Counted from the first letter of the stretch, positions 24,185-38,131 are shown. The stretch: 64,000 nucleotides of DNA from Octopus sinensis (GCF_006345805.1 NC_042997.1:169570001-169634000); one strand, 5' to 3'. Program-made: numbers and translations. The notes: generated by a model from the letters alone, not told the origin.

Positions 24185-25920
24185 ATATATGTATTGATTT
24201 CTCAGTTTCTTGGAAAATCCTATCTTACAGATATAATAATATAATAATAAAATTTGTAGTTTGTGTTTGGAAGATAGCTATAGCATAATGAGAATGAATG
24301 GAGATCTGGTTAATACTAGGAAATGGAAATCTGGTTAATACTAGGGATGAAAAATTTTGCTCATGTAAACACATGACCAAATTTCTATTTATCAATCTTA
24401 AATAATTCTTCACTCTCCTTGGTTAGATTAATTTTTGTTGTTTATTAAAAATATTTCTATATATTATCTTTTTGTGTGGAATACGATTACTCATCACATC
24501 CACTTTTCATCACTATCTCTTACACTATCTTGATATATTTTTTATTTAACCTTTCTTTCTAACAATCATGACACACCATATATTTGGCTAACACTTTATC
24601 TACATCTTCCTACACCTTTTCTCTCAATATGTGTATCTTTCCTTAGTATATAATATACCTATAATTTTTGTATTTTATTTTATTTTATTTTATTTGCATA
24701 ATGTGTCTATTTAAACTCCCTCAACATACCCATTCTAACTATTAATGGTTTATGTTACTTGTCACTTTACATGATAATTAAATACATTTTACTGCTGATA
24801 TATGCAAACATACATAGTACGTCTTGGTGTCCTACTTGACTACAACCATGTGTGCATATCTTGATATGGATCTTATATGTTATCTGTGTGCATATCTATT
24901 AGTTTGTGACTATTTAGCATATGTTACCACTAACATGTATTTTTTAATAAGAACGTGTGTATCTGTATATATATATATATATATGTTTCACATACACACA
25001 TATATATATAAACTACTATATATTTTTTATAAGTGTGTGTATTTATATCTATATATGTGTGCCTTTTTTTCTCTCTTTGCACCAGTATATCTATATATAT
25101 TTTTGTACGGTGTTCCTTCTTTTAGGTAAACCCTAATCAAAATACAACTACAATTCCTATATCTACATATACTAATGTGCAGATATGCCTCTACTCACGT
25201 ATGAGTAAATATACTAGCAATTTTTTCCTTATAAGATAATTTTTTTCTGCGACATTATATATAAACTTTTTTGTATACTTATGTGCACCCCCATACTCAT
25301 ATCTTTTCTTATATTCATAATATACAATACTCTTCTATTACTTGAATATTTATACTACCTTAATACCATTATCTATCCCTCTCACATTATGCCAAGCTAG
25401 TTCTTTACCTCATAATTTTTTATTTCTACAAATACATAGTTACTGCATAACCTTACATATCAATACATATAAATTAAACCCCCTATTTACTGTTTTTCAT
25501 TCCCAGCTCATTCATCTCCCCTACATTTTTTTTTTTTGCCATATTTCTACAACCTTTTTCTTTTTCAACTTCACTCTTTTAACATCTTTATAGCCACAGC
25601 AAGTATTTACAATCCAAATTGTAATATTAACAACTTTTTTTTTCTGTTTTTACTTATTTTTCTACCTTATATTTAATATATACAAATACTAGTTCTTATA
25701 CAAACATAAGTCCATCTTACACATCTTATTCTCTCTTTAGTCCTTTTTTACCTCTCTTATACTTGTTTACATTAACAATCCAGTAGCTCTTTATACACAA
25801 TCTCCTCTAGATTAACTTCATTATCATGTACTCTCTTACTCTTTTACTTGTTTCAGTCATTTGACTGCCGCCATGCTGGGGCACCGCCTTTAGTCGAGCA
25901 AATCAACCCCAGGACTTATT

Positions 25921-26230
25921 GCTCTTATTTTTAGTTCATATAGCCAAGCCTTCATTTTCATCAGGTGTTCATTTCCTCTAAGGGGATATTTGACAAACTT
26001 TGTGTTCTTGGCAATGTTCCATAAATCCTTCTCAAAAGCCTCCAAATGGCGGTTAGGAGGTGGACATTTTCTGGTTTTAAAGTTCTTAAAAATTTCAAAA
26101 TCTTCATTAAAAGTATTTTCTTGGTTAACAATATTCCTTTCATGATAAAAAGTGATCCAATGAATATGTGTTATAGTTTACAGCCATAAGTTTATCTTCA
26201 TATTTATTACAGAATTCTCCCTACAATAAA
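25921..26230 (-). pseudogene. Penelope-like element N-terminal ORF fragment
   Basis: A minus frame missing from the ORF track reads HIHWITFY...FKNFKTRKCPPPNRHLEAFEKDLWNIAKNTKFVKY, resembling the R.RW..F...FK..KCPP...L..FE.DL....NIKF segment I recall upstream of PLE RTs. Confidence 0.55.
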
Positions 26231-26680
26231 TTAAGTAAACAAAGAAAAATTTTTCTATTAGGATTCTGCTCATATTTATTACAGAATTATACCTCCAGTA
26301 AACAATAATTGTAGAACATTCCTATTAGTTACTTTAAACAATATTTTTTATATCAGTAACTTCAAATAAATAGAAGAGTTTTTATATATTAAAGATATAA
26401 TTATCATTTATATTTTTCTACACGTTTTATTACAGTTCTAGATAAGGCAAGACCCTGATACTTAATATACACTTATATATTATTATTGTATGTTATAATA
26501 GCAACAGATTCTCTTAGACATAAATGCTGTCTGCCTTGCCTTAATGTTTCACACCTCATTTAACAATTATGCATATATACATATATAAAGATAAAATTAA
26601 ACGAAGAGATACAATTGACAATCCAATAATTTATTTATATTATAATATAACATAATGTACTATGAATAATGTACTGTGAA

Positions 26681-27017
26681 GGCGCATGGCTCAGTGGTTA
26701 GAGCGTCGAGCTTACGATCGTGAGGTTGTGAGCTCGAATCCCGGACCGGGCTGCGTGTTGTGTTCTCGAGCAAGGCACTTTATTTCACGTTGCTCCAGTT
26801 CACTCAGCTGTAGAAATGAGTTGCGACGTCACTGGTGCCAAGCTGTATCGACCTTTGTCTTTTCCTTGGATAACACTGGTGGCGTGGAGAGGGGAGGCTG
26901 GTATGCATGGGCGACTGCTGGCCTTCCATAAAAACAACCTTGCCCAGACTTGTGTCTAGGAGGGTAACTTTCTAGGTGCAATCCCATGGTCATTCATGAC
27001 CGAAGGGGGTCTTTTTT
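26681..27017 (+). mobile_element. Full-length CORE-type tRNA SINE (resembles octopus OR-type SINEs)
   Basis: A box TGGCTCAGTGG, B box GCTCGAATCC, CORE-like gtgttctcgagcaaggcacttt...ccagttcactcagctgtagaaatg; imperfect TSD TACTGTGAA/TACTATGAA. Confidence 0.85.
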
Positions 27018-27284
27018 TACTATGAATATAATATAACATAATATGAGATCACATAAAGAATTATTAAGGCCAACATCAAAAGGCCAACAATTCGTTTTGA
27101 ATTATATACATTTTTTGCTATATAAACAATTCACTTATATATAAGCTTCATTAGAGCCAGAGTTCAAAAATAGATGGAATTCCAGGTGAAAGGGTGGCTG
27201 GATTGTAAAACATTGATTCAAATAGCTATGTATTATGAACGTTGAGTATTCTATTACATATCAATTACAATTAAAAAAGAACAA

Positions 27285-27960
27285 AAAATTCCAAATACTA
27301 ATTAGAGAACTCTTGTATGCAGATGATGTTGACTTTTTGGCTCACTCTCAGGATGACATGCAGCACATCATGGATTGTTTTGCAGCATCTTGTAATGCCT
27401 TTAGCATGGAAATTAATTTTAAAAAGACCAAGATAATGTTCACCCCATCACCAGGGGAAGCATATATCGAGCCAAATATAATGGTGCATGGAACTAGGTT
27501 GGGTGTAGTTGACACTTTTGTTTACCTGGGTAGTACATTATCAAGGGATGGTTCACTGGATGCAGAAATACACCTGCACATTCAGAAGGCCTCTGTAGCC
27601 TGTGAAAAACTCGAAAAGAGAGGGTGGGCAGATCATGGCATCAATATCAAAAACAAGGCCTGCATTCTGAGTGCTCTGTTGTAGTCTTTGGAAATGTGGA
27701 CAGTACATCGTAAGCACCTTAATTTGCTTGAACACTTTAACCAAAAGTATTTTTTTAAAATCCTAAACATCAAATGGCAACAGAAAATATCTGATACACA
27801 AATCCTCTTAGATGCTGGCTGCACAAGCATTGAATCTACCATCATATCCTCTCAAATACATTGGGTAGGCCATGTTGTGCACATGAATGAGGCAAGACTC
27901 CCAAAACAACTATTTTACAGTCAATTGCACATGGGAAGACGGCAATCATCTACAGAGATG
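27285..27960 (+). mobile_element. RT fragment of a separate RTE-clade LINE family (no PHD insertion)
   Basis: IRELLYADD, INFKKTKIM, FVYLGSTLS, WVGHVVHM, RLPKQLFY. Confidence 0.88.
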
Positions 27961-28315
27961 AAGCAATCACTATGTGTGTATGCGTGTGTGTGTGTGTATA
28001 TTACATGGCAGAATGGATAACTTGACTAAAATTATAAAAACTTCCAAACTTGAAAGATTCATAAAATGGCTGTGATTTCCATTTTTGGCAAGAAAATCTA
28101 TATTTTTGCGGAAATTTTTAATAAAATCAGAATGAGTGCATCAAGCCAAAAGGATCCAAGTACTCTTAATTATTTTAAGTTGATAAATTCAGAGAGAGTG
28201 TAAGACTAATTAGATTGGTTTTGTTATTTGTTGGATATCTTGGCAATATTGTTTTTTTCATTTTTTGAGAGCTTAGTTAACTGTAGAATTCTATCAAAAT
28301 GTATTTTCCTTACAG

Positions 28316-28484
28316 GTTGTTGCTATGGAGCCACAATCAATGGTTTTTACTATTCCAATCTTTGAACCATTACCAAATCAGTACTACATTCACATTTGTT
28401 CAGATCGTTGGATTGGCTCTGAGAATGTTTTGCCAATATCTTTTCAACATTTGATCCTTCCTGAAAGGCATCCTCCTCACACAA
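28316..28484 (+). CDS. ASCC3: ASCC3 exon I (169 nt, phase 0-1)
   Basis: ttacag|VVAMEPQSMVFTIPIFEPLPNQYYI...SDRWIG...HLILPERHPPHT+a|gtaagt. Confidence 0.95.
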
Positions 28485-28769
28485 GTAAGTTTCTTCTTGC
28501 AATCTCTACTATCTTTTATTTTAAATAAAATAATTTTTACCTTTTTTTACTTGTCTTAGTCATTAGACTGTGTCCATGCTGGGGCGCTGCTTTGAAGAAT
28601 TTTAGTCAAATGAATCATCCCCAGTACTTAGTATTTTTTTTGTAAAGCCTGATACTTATTCTATCAGTCATCTTTGCTGAACCGCTTAATACACCAACAC
28701 CAGTAGTCAAGCAGTTGTTGAGGACAAACACATACACACACACACATTTATATATATATATATACTAGT

Positions 28770-28926
28770 AGAGACACTCACTACACTCTTGGAGTGGTTG
28801 GCGTTAGGAAGGGCATCCAGCTGTAGAAACTCAGCCAGATCAGACTGGTGTAGCCATCTGGCTCGCCAGTCCTCAGTCAAACTGTCCAACCCATGCCAGC
28901 ATGGAAAGCAGACGTTAAATGATGAT
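28770..28926 (+). mobile_element. RTE 3' tail fragment
   Basis: gagtggttggcgttaggaagggcatccagctgtagaaac...ccatgccagcatggaaagcagacgttaaatgatgat. Confidence 0.85.
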
Positions 28927-28980
<54 letters not shown>

Positions 28981-28983
<3 letters not shown>

Positions 28984-29154
28984 AGAGTTTACGAAAAAAA
29001 CAAAAGACAAAGACAGGTGGTGTACAAAACAAACAAATGTATTAGTATAACGCTCAGGAATAGAAAAAGTCTTTTACATTTCGAGCCTACGCTCTTCTAC
29101 AGAAAGGGACGGAGAGAAAAAAATGTGTGTAGTGGCTAACGATCTATCATGGCG

Positions 29155-29158
<4 letters not shown>
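28981..29158 (-). mobile_element. Short element in a (TA)n tract carrying a minimal hammerhead-like motif
   Basis: Flanked on both sides by (TA)n; minus strand 29107->29070 reads CCTTT CTGTAGA A GAGC gtag GCTC GAAA TG TA AAAGA. Confidence 0.55.
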
Positions 29159-29190
<32 letters not shown>

Positions 29191-29191
<1 letters not shown>

Positions 29192-30381
29192 CAGGTTGGT
29201 GCAAAAGTAATGACCGATTTTAAGTCTCTACTAAAAATGAAAAAGCCCATCGTTAAAACAATATTTATTCGTTAATGTAATTTTCATTGATTTCTAGAAC
29301 TTCATTCCATCTGTCAACTAGCTTGTAAATGCCACACTTGTAAAATTGTTTAAGTTTTGATGCAAAATATGAATCCAACTTGATGTCAACCTAAGACCAT
29401 TCAAATGGTTCTGTAGTCCCCAAAACAAGTGATAATCAGAAGGAGCAAGGTCAGGAGAATATGGAGGATGAAGCAATATTATCCGACTAAGCTCTTCCAA
29501 GAGACCTTTGGTCAGTCAAGCTGTGTAACTAAGCCGTGTCACTTTTTGTTCTAAGCTGCTTTCAAATGATGAAGTCGATTACAGTAGAGATTAGCAGTAA
29601 TTGTTTGATTGTTGTCTAACAGTTCATAATGGACAATTCCTTCAGTATCCCACCATACACTCAACATGATTTTCCTTGGATGAAGTCCTCCTCTTGGTTG
29701 TTGAACAGGTCTTCCTCCGCAACTGATCCAAATGGCAGTGTTTAATGTTATAGTAAAGGATCCACTTCTCATCACCTGTAATAAACCTTCCTAAAAATGG
29801 CCCCTTAAGGTGTTGTGAAAGCAATGACTGACAACAAACAACATGCTGTTGTAGATTCTCTGGAGACAGTTCATGCGGGACCCATTTTCCAACCACTGAA
29901 ACCTTTCCAATCCTTTTCAGTTGGCGTAGAACAGTTGTATGGGCTACGTTAAACTGTTCTGAAAGTTCTCTACAAGTAGTGGTTGGATATTCTGTGACAA
30001 CAGTTTCCAACACTTCGGAATCTAGTTGTTTTGAACGACTTTCTTTTGGCTCGCCTTTCAAACTTCAATCCCCACTTCTGAAGCAAGAAAACCATCTTCC
30101 TGCAAATTCTTTCACTCCCTATATCATCCCTATAAACTCTCTGAAGAGACTTTCCTGCTGTGCTTATATTGACACCTTGTGATCTTTAGATGGAACAAGC
30201 ATGGGTGTGAATATAGCAGAAGATTATGGCCTATTGGCTATTCTGCTAATCAGAATCTGAACAAAAAATGTATAAATTACTCATTGTGACATTCTTAAAA
30301 CATTGCAAGAGGTACCATTTTGAAAAATACTATCTAAAACTGTTTTCTAAAAAATCGGCCATTACTTTTGCACCAACCTGA
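29191..30381 (-). mobile_element. Mariner element with Hsmar1/cecropia-like TIRs and decayed transposase
   Basis: TIRs TCAGGTTGGTGCAAAAGTAATG at both ends, TA flanks; GKWVPHELS, ITGDEKWILY, HPPYSPDLAPSDYHLF. Confidence 0.94.
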
Positions 30382-30409
30382 TATATATGTAAGTGTGTGT
30401 GTGTGTGTA

Positions 30410-31140
30410 TGAATACCCCTCATTCATTGGACAATAAGCTTTGCTTGCAAAGATCTATTGAGGCAAGTGAAATCAAAATCAAAGTCACTGACGTGGCCGA
30501 TGACAGTACCACCTGAGTGGCACTTGTGCCAGTGGAATGTTAAAAGCACATCCGAGCATGGGATGTAACCAGCCCATTTATGAGCACCCCTCATTCATTG
30601 GACAGTAAACTTTACTTGCGAAGACCTATTAAGGCAAGTGAAATCAAATTAAAATCACTGACATGGTCGATGACAGTACCGCTTGAGTGGCACTTGTGCC
30701 AGTGGAACACTAAAAGCACATCTAAGCGTGATCGTTGCCAGGGCCACAGATTGGCTCCCGTGCCAGTGACACACAAAAAGCACCATTCAAGCGTGATTGT
30801 TGCCAGTGTCACCTTACTGGCACATGTGCAGGTGGCACATGAAAAACAACATTCAAGCATGGTGGTTGCCTGTGCTGCCGGACTGGCTCCCTTGCAGGTA
30901 GCACGTAAAAAACACCTTTTGAGCATAGTCATTGCCAGAACTGTCTGACTGGCCCTCATGCTGGTGACACATAAAAGCACCCGCTACATCTCAGAGTGGT
31001 TGGCATTAGGAAGGGCATCCAGCTATAGAAACTTTGCCAGAACAGATTGAGCCTAGTGCAGCCTTCTGACTCACCAGTCCTCAGTCAAGCCGTCCAACCT
31101 GTGCCAGCATGGAAAGCAGACGTTAAACGACGACAACAAT
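30410..31140 (+). mobile_element. RTE 3' UTR copy with expanded repeat units and a ~170-bp tandem duplication
   Basis: 30410-30560 is repeated at 30580-30730; six to seven gtggcac..aaaagcac units; terminal cgttaaacgacgac. Confidence 0.82.
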
Positions 31141-31149
31141 TATATATAT

Positions 31150-31574
31150 ATACTGCAGGCTAGCAAATTTAGATAAACTGCAAGCTAGCAAACTTAGACA
31201 AACCGTGAGCTAGCAAATTTAGATGAACCGTGAGCTAGCAAATTTAGACGAACCGCGAGCTAGCAAATTTAGATGGGAGCATCTTCTGGATTTGTATTCT
31301 TTCGGGGGAGTTATTAAAATCGAGTAGGAGAATCCAAGTGCATGCACTAGTTTATATAGAGTGGTGGTGGTGATGCAGAGGGGGATGTTGGTGAATCAAG
31401 TGGTAAATTGAAAGAGAGAGACAGTGGAGCAGAGAGACAGAGAGGAGCGGGCAGAGTTAAGGTGGTCAGGCATGGAACACAAGGGAGAAAAATATTCTTT
31501 GGAATTTTGGGTAACATAATTTAATGAAACAACAAATACATATATATATGCATGTATATATATATATGCATATG

Positions 31575-31605
<31 letters not shown>

Positions 31606-31669
31606 ATAAATAGATAGATATATATATATATAGACACATATACACACTTATGTATGTATACATATATCT

Positions 31670-31700
<31 letters not shown>

Positions 31701-32012
31701 CATACATACATACATACAAACATGTAAATAAATATATTTTGAAAGTAATTGAAATTGAAACCATATAATAGTGAAAGTATTTATAGAGATGTTATTGTTT
31801 CACTTTGGACACGTAATACGGAAACAGTGTAAGAGATAAGAGGTTGCTCTGGGCTTGCATTAGGCAAGAAGTTAAACATTTTTTGGGGCCCATAACACTG
31901 CATAGACCTTAAGTAAGGCATGTGTAAAATCTGAATGAAATCCATTGGGTGATTCTCGAGTTTTAGTGAAGCACACAGACAGACAAACACACATTCTCAG
32001 CTTTATATTTAC
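31150..32012 (-). mobile_element. Probable non-autonomous Helitron-like element
   Basis: Right end gtgtaaaatctgaatgaaatcc...ctcgagtttt...cacagacagacaaacacacattctcagctttatatttacaga resembles the TC-starting, (CTGT)n-bearing 5' end of invertebrate Helitron derivatives; internal mini- and microsatellites; the CTAG/hairpin end is not clear. Confidence 0.45.
31159..31274. repeat. 25-bp minisatellite, about 4.7 copies
   Basis: Unit GCTAGCAAATTTAGACGAACCGCGA with few substitutions. Confidence 0.92.
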
Positions 32013-33599
32013 AGATGGCTTTGGTTGGCCTGAGGCTATACTAGAAGACATTTGCCACAATGGAATTGAACCCAAAACCATGTGGTTAGGAAGCAAACTT
32101 GTTGTCACACAGCCACGTCTGTGTTTATAAATAATAAATGAAAAAACAAGTAATTTTAATTAAAGAATTTACATGATTAATGAATACATTCAACACACTT
32201 TGTTAAAAATTTGGATTTCCTTTTTCCTGGAAACATGTTAAATTAGTAGTTGTAATTTTGATTTCCTTTTCCCGTTTAGAAATGTATTTGATTCTTCTTG
32301 TTTAAACTACTAAATTGATTTTAGATGTAAGACAAAATTTCCCCTTTAATTGTTTTCCACCTTGCTGTGAGGTTATTAAAGATGCATGAATTAGGAATTG
32401 TTAACTCACTTATTGATCTTCCTTCATTCAGCTTTGTCTTGAGGCAATTGTGTAATTAGCTCTCGTTTAACTCTCCTATTATAAGTCTTTGCATTTCATT
32501 GGTTTCTTCTAGGTTCTACAATAATTAGATTGAAATAATACTTCATAAGAAATAAAAACACCAGAGATTGAGGAAATTAAGGATTCTCTGCATTACTGAA
32601 TACCATTTCAATAAAATCCGTGAAATAAAATACATTTTTTAAAAATAAAGAGCCCAATAGAATTCTGTAACTTCTTTTCATTATCCCTATTAATCATTCT
32701 AATTATGATAATAGCAATCCAATTGTCTTCATTATATAGAACAACTGATACAGATAATTGCTTTATATTGGCTTTATCTTGATCTTCTTCAAATTAAGAT
32801 AGATTTCACATCCACATTACAGTTGAGTGACTTGTTTTAGGAATTTGAATTTAGATATCCAGGTCATTCAAATTTGGAGTTGTATTCATCCCATCTTATA
32901 TTTAAAATGAGTTTAAAAGTCCTGTTTTTTTTTTTAATTATATTGTTTCAGTGTTAGTGTAAAATTATTGTTACTTTAGGTTCAGTTGTTTTTAAGAGTT
33001 ATCTGCCAGTCTCTTTTTTTTAATGATAATTTTAGCATATTTCCATTTGTAATAGTGCAGTTTTTTTTTCCTTATATATACTATATTATTGGTGGCACTA
33101 TTTTAAAGTAGCTAAAAATCTTAATATATAATTCTTGGTTTATCTCATTGGGGCAATCTGTATAAATTTTAAAGTAAAATGCTAGTTGACATGGAAGACA
33201 ACAAACTTTGTTAGCTACTAATAGTACTAAAACATTTTATTGTATAATTAATGATGATTTTCCTATTCTAGATTAGAATAAATCAAAACAAGACATTTGT
33301 AATAAATCAGCTTTACTTTAGTTAGCATCCTATCTTATATATCAATTCTAAATACAAATAAATGAATTAAGAGATTTCTTTACAAATTAAAACTGAAACT
33401 ATATTCTTGACAGAGAATGATTTTTTTTTAAACTTTATATGTTGCTTCTTCCTTCAATATAGCATCAAAACTTAAAAATCATATCATCCTATTTACTCTC
33501 TATGTTAAAATAAAATTGGCCTGTCCATTGCAAATATAGATATATCTTCTCATTTTCAATTTTTTTCCACTTGCTGGGTGTGGAGGAAGAGATAGTGCT

Positions 33600-34390
33600 T
33601 ATGATCTTTACAGGCTCTCCAAGACTGATGAGATTGCTGTCATTAATGTTCCATTTAAACTGTTGCAAGCAAACACCTGCAAGAAAGACACGGGCAGGGA
33701 GGAGATTCCAGAGGGATGAAGTTCTGGGAGGAAAGACTAGGCATAGCAAGGTGCTGGGGGCAGAGTTAGACACAACAAGGGTCATAAGAAGCGGGGAGAC
33801 ATCCTATGTTAGGGCTGTACTTCCACCAGGACAGATCTTCAGTAATAGTGAGGCCTAGTTTTTGGCCATGAAAGCTCCTGGTGAGTGCCACTCATGTTTT
33901 AGTTGTTTAGTTTTTTTTTTTTTTGGTCTTAACTTTTTTTTTTATTGTACCTAAGTGGGTTGGGAGTGCCTGAGTGGTGGAGGTACAAGATTAGAGAGCT
34001 CTGAGGAATAAAGACCTTTATAATAGCAATAGAAAAGACAGAAGAGATAGTATCCCTTTGAGCTGGAGCATGTCTGTGAGTGTTTTAATGTCAGTCAGTT
34101 GAGTGGCTCTTCTCTGGATGTGTTTCAAGATTTTTGTGTGTATAGTAGTAACACTGTCCCACATGTGAGAGCAACACTCCATTGTGAACCTCACTTGAGC
34201 TTTGGGGAGTGTTTGCAAATTTTGGGGCTGAAATATCTTCTGGCTTTAATGGCTTGATGAGAAGTGTCATTCTTTTGGATATTATCTTAGCTATGTTAAG
34301 GAAGTGCTTTTACCAGAAGAGATCCTCGGTGATGGTGAGACTTTGGATCTGGAGTGACTGAAGGCTGTAAGCTGAGTTCTGCTCATATTT
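33600..34390 (-). mobile_element. Old CR1-group (Zenon-like) LINE 3' remnant
   Basis: QVRFTMECCSHMWD, LKHIQRRATQL, FPPRTSSLWNLLPARVF...QFKWNIN. Confidence 0.7.
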
Positions 34391-34962
34391 AGTTGTTTCT
34401 GTTTGTTCATATTTTAGTTTTCGCTAATTTACAATATCACAACTGGCACATGTGAAAACTATTCTAGAACATACAATTATTTATTTTCCAATATGAAATA
34501 CGAATTTCATAATTTTATTTGAAACTTACAGTTTCGCTAATTTGTGTGCATTCTACTTATATAAAATATTTCAAAGAGCACTAAATAGTTGATCAGCTGA
34601 TTAAGTTTGTTTTCTACTGATTTACTTTCTGTGTTTGAAATAAGGCCAAAATGTTCAGGATCCCTATTTTTAAAAAATATTTTCATTAGTAAATTGAATT
34701 TGTCTTTATATCCTAATTACCTTGTCTTTTAACTAAATAGCTATATTTTTCAGTTCAGTACTAATTATTGATTATGTTGTTTAATGTGTTGGTCAGTTTT
34801 AATCTTAAAAATACGTGGGTTGATGTCAACTAATGCATTATTCAGTTAACACATTACATTAAGATCAGTAATCTCATCTGTTCTTTACGTTATAGTAATT
34901 TGCTAAATAATAATTAGAATTTAAAAAATGTATTTTCTATAAATTTGCTTATTCTTTTGCAG

Positions 34963-35183
34963 AGCTTTTGGATTTGAATCCATTACCAAAGACTGCTTTG
35001 AAAAACAAAGATTATGAAGACTTATATAAATTTAGTCACTTCAATCCAGTGCAGACACAAATTTTTCACTCACTTTACCACACTGACTCCAACATTCTTA
35101 TAGGAGCACCAACAGGTTCTGGCAAAACAGTTGCTGCAGAAATTGCTATCTTTAGAGTGTTCCAGGTTTACAAGAAGGCTAAG
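34963..35183 (+). CDS. ASCC3: ASCC3 exon J (221 nt, phase 1-0), Q motif and Walker A of the second helicase cassette
   Basis: ttgcag|(K)LLDLNPLP...[51 protein letters not shown]|gtattt. Confidence 0.96.
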
Positions 35184-36610
35184 GTATTTTCATAATTAAA
35201 TCAAAACTGCTTCTACTCACCCTTAGACATCATTATCATTGCTGTCATCATCATCATCATCATCACATCAATTTTATTTTTGTGTTGGAACAAATTAAAT
35301 GGGTATGTAGTACTGTGTATAAAGGATTTATCAAACTGAGTCCTCTCAGTTATGAGTCTTCACTTTCTGAAATATGTCATCACTTCTTTTGACGATTTCC
35401 TTGTGCTTTTTCAGTTTAGCAGATGTTGATTCTTCTTCTTTCCTTAGCAACTTTTTCACTTCTCTTCTATTCAGTTTTGCATATCTTTATCAATTGTATT
35501 TAATTCTTTCTTTTTAGTCTCCGCTAATCTTCACACAACACACACAGTACCATATAACATTTACTTTTTATATATCCTTCATACAGCTTACTATTTGCTA
35601 CCATCAGAAACACCACTTCTCTAATCTTTTCCCTCGTCAACCTTTTTTAAAATTTTTTTGTAACATTAGCTACTATATAATCACCAGTATCACTTCCAAC
35701 TTTAATTATATTATTTAGTGGGAAGCAATTCATCCAGCTCATTTGTACATGATGTACAGGTTTTCTCTCTGGTATCTATATCATTTGTTGGCATTCATTC
35801 CCAAAAGATATGTATGTAAACTCACACTCTTACAAGGCTTTTTCACGGTGTCTGTGCATTTCCATTTGTAAGGCATTGGTCAACCTGAAGTTAGAGCAGA
35901 GGACACTTGCCCAAGGTGCCACCCAATGAGAGTGTAAGGCATTGGTCATCCTGAGGTTAGAACTGAGGACACTTGCCCAAAGAGCTACCTAGAACCACAT
36001 AGTTTTGAAGCAAACTTCTTAACTTTATGATCACGCCTGCATCTCTAACTCTGCATAATTTCTTCTAAAGAAATTATTCATTGATTTAATTTAATTAACT
36101 CATCTCAGTCTCTTCCTGCTGCATGCATCTTCAACTGTGCAGGTATGGTACAAAAACCTTCCTCTCTTGTTTTGATGCATATTAACTAGTAAAGCTGAGC
36201 TGGTGATAATGATGTTTTTATGTAGCTAATGTTTTATGTTTTTGTTTTCTATTAGCATCAGAGTTTGGACTGGTGCACATTGTGTGTTTGCTGTTGAAAT
36301 GTGTCACCCTGTAAAAGGTGGGGGGTTTCTTTGCCGTGCCCTGTATTTGTCATATGCATCAACAATAGCATACCCAGTCCACATAAAATGTACTGGTCCA
36401 CATAACAATCACCTGTGCTGGTGTTAGGAAGGGCATGCCAAATCAGTTTGTCAGTTCATGTTAAACCATCCATCCCATGCCAGCATGAATAGAGGGGCAT
36501 TAAATGATGACAATAGTGTTGATAATGAACATGTGATAAGCATTACCCTGGTCTTTCTTTCTAAATGACAGGATTTCTTTTGCACTAATTAAACCTAGTC
36601 TAGCTCCCCC

Positions 36611-36652
<42 letters not shown>

Positions 36653-37552
36653 TTGGAATTCTACAAGCACGTTCTTTGTCTAAGCTTCAAATAATTGTGT
36701 AGAACTTTTTAACCATCTTTTACAAAGGTTCCGCAGAAACTAGTGTTGGCGTGCTTTGTCAAAAATTATTTAAATAAGTTCATATCCACTTCAAATGTCA
36801 TGAGTACTACTAAGCAAATGCTTAGTACTTTACTAAACATGAACATTTTTCTAGTTTTCAAATAAGAGCTTTGATTGAAATATCAGTATTCATGCCACTT
36901 GGTTGTGTATTTCTAGCCTGGTTTTGTTTTTAAGCAAAAATATTGTCTGTCTCTTTGAGAATATCTAAAGAACATCAATGTGCAATAATAACTTTTCCAG
37001 ATTTTTCTTTTTTATTCATATGTGCCTGATTGTATTGTTTTGAGTGCTGAACCGCTCTCTGTTCTGGAAACTTGGAAACTCTTTCTAGAACATTTTATTT
37101 CTTTAATTTCTAATAACATCTGCTGTAGAAAATTATACTTATGTCTCTAAACTGCAAAATGTAAAACAATTTAACTATTTTCATTCAGTTTCACTGGGTC
37201 CATTGTTAATGTGCTGAAGTACTTAGTAACTGACATTGTGTTGAGTAAAAACACTATTTTTCTTATACCTAACTGTCTGCATAGGTAAAATAAATGCCAC
37301 TCCCATTATTGTGACTACAATAGTAGGTTAAAATTTTAATTATGCAATTATTGGCATGCTATTATTAAACAGACACAAACACTCTTTCCCTCTCTCTCTC
37401 ATTCCAAATGGTTCATATTAGACATCCAATGCTGGAATTATCATACATTCCAAGCTAACATAAAAAAAAAACACTAAATGGTAGAAATAAAAATATCTTA
37501 TCTATCCCTTTACTTCTGTACAGCTATTTTCTAATGCTTTAATTTTTTTCAG

Positions 37553-37638
37553 GCTGTTTACATTGCACCACTAAAAGCTTTAGTCAGAGAAAGAATAACT
37601 GATTGGAAAGTGAGAATTGAACAGAAACTGGGTAAAAA
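37553..37638 (+). CDS. ASCC3: ASCC3 exon K (86 nt, phase 0-2; absent from the ORF track)
   Basis: tttcag|AVYIAPLKALVRERITDWKVRIEQKLGK+aa|gtaagt; motif Ia. Confidence 0.95.
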
Positions 37639-37913
37639 GTAAGTTTCGTGATTTCAAAGCATTAAATTTGCCAAGTTATTGCAGTATTTATTTATTTATT
37701 CATTTATTTTGATAATGACTTAGAGGAGAAAGGACAACTCCCATGATCTGTTTCAGAGTCTTTGAGATTGGTGAGAGGACAGCAGGAGACCAAAGACCTG
37801 GTCTGCATGCTTATAAAAGAGTGGCTTTTATAAGGCATTGATTGATCTGAGGCTAATGTAAAAAAAAACACTTGCTGAAGAAGATGCAGTAGAATTGAAT
37901 CTGAAACCGCATG

Positions 37914-38131
37914 TGAGAGGGTGCTGAAAAGTCCTTGACTTTAAGGGTATCACAAAAGGCCTGGTTGGAGGCTCAACCCTTTGAGTTCTTTTACAGGGCT
38001 TAGAAAGACAGGAGGACTGTTGCAATAAGTGTGTGACTCTGAGAATGGAATATGTTGGATAAAACCATCATAAACTAATTCTCATGTATTTTCTTTTACC
38101 CAAAGCCAGGAACTTTTCAGCACCTCCCTCA
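37914..38131. mobile_element. Mariner-type MITE, family copy 2
   Basis: gagaggggtgctgaaaagtcc...ccaggaacttttcagcacctccctc; reverse complement of 1189-1404. Confidence 0.85.

Noticed and set aside
25940-25970. Hammerhead at CTGATGA on the minus strand
   Set aside because: No stem II or GAAA follows; the bases are part of the PLE-like coding frame (HLMKMK).
26681-26755. tRNA gene
   Set aside because: It has A and B boxes but no acceptor stem, and continues into a CORE-like SINE body with a TSD.
30410-31140. CRISPR-like repeat-spacer appearance of the gtggcacgtaaaaagcacc arrays
   Set aside because: The spacers are homologous to each other, the array is the 3' UTR of an RTE LINE, the DNA is eukaryotic and there are no cas genes.
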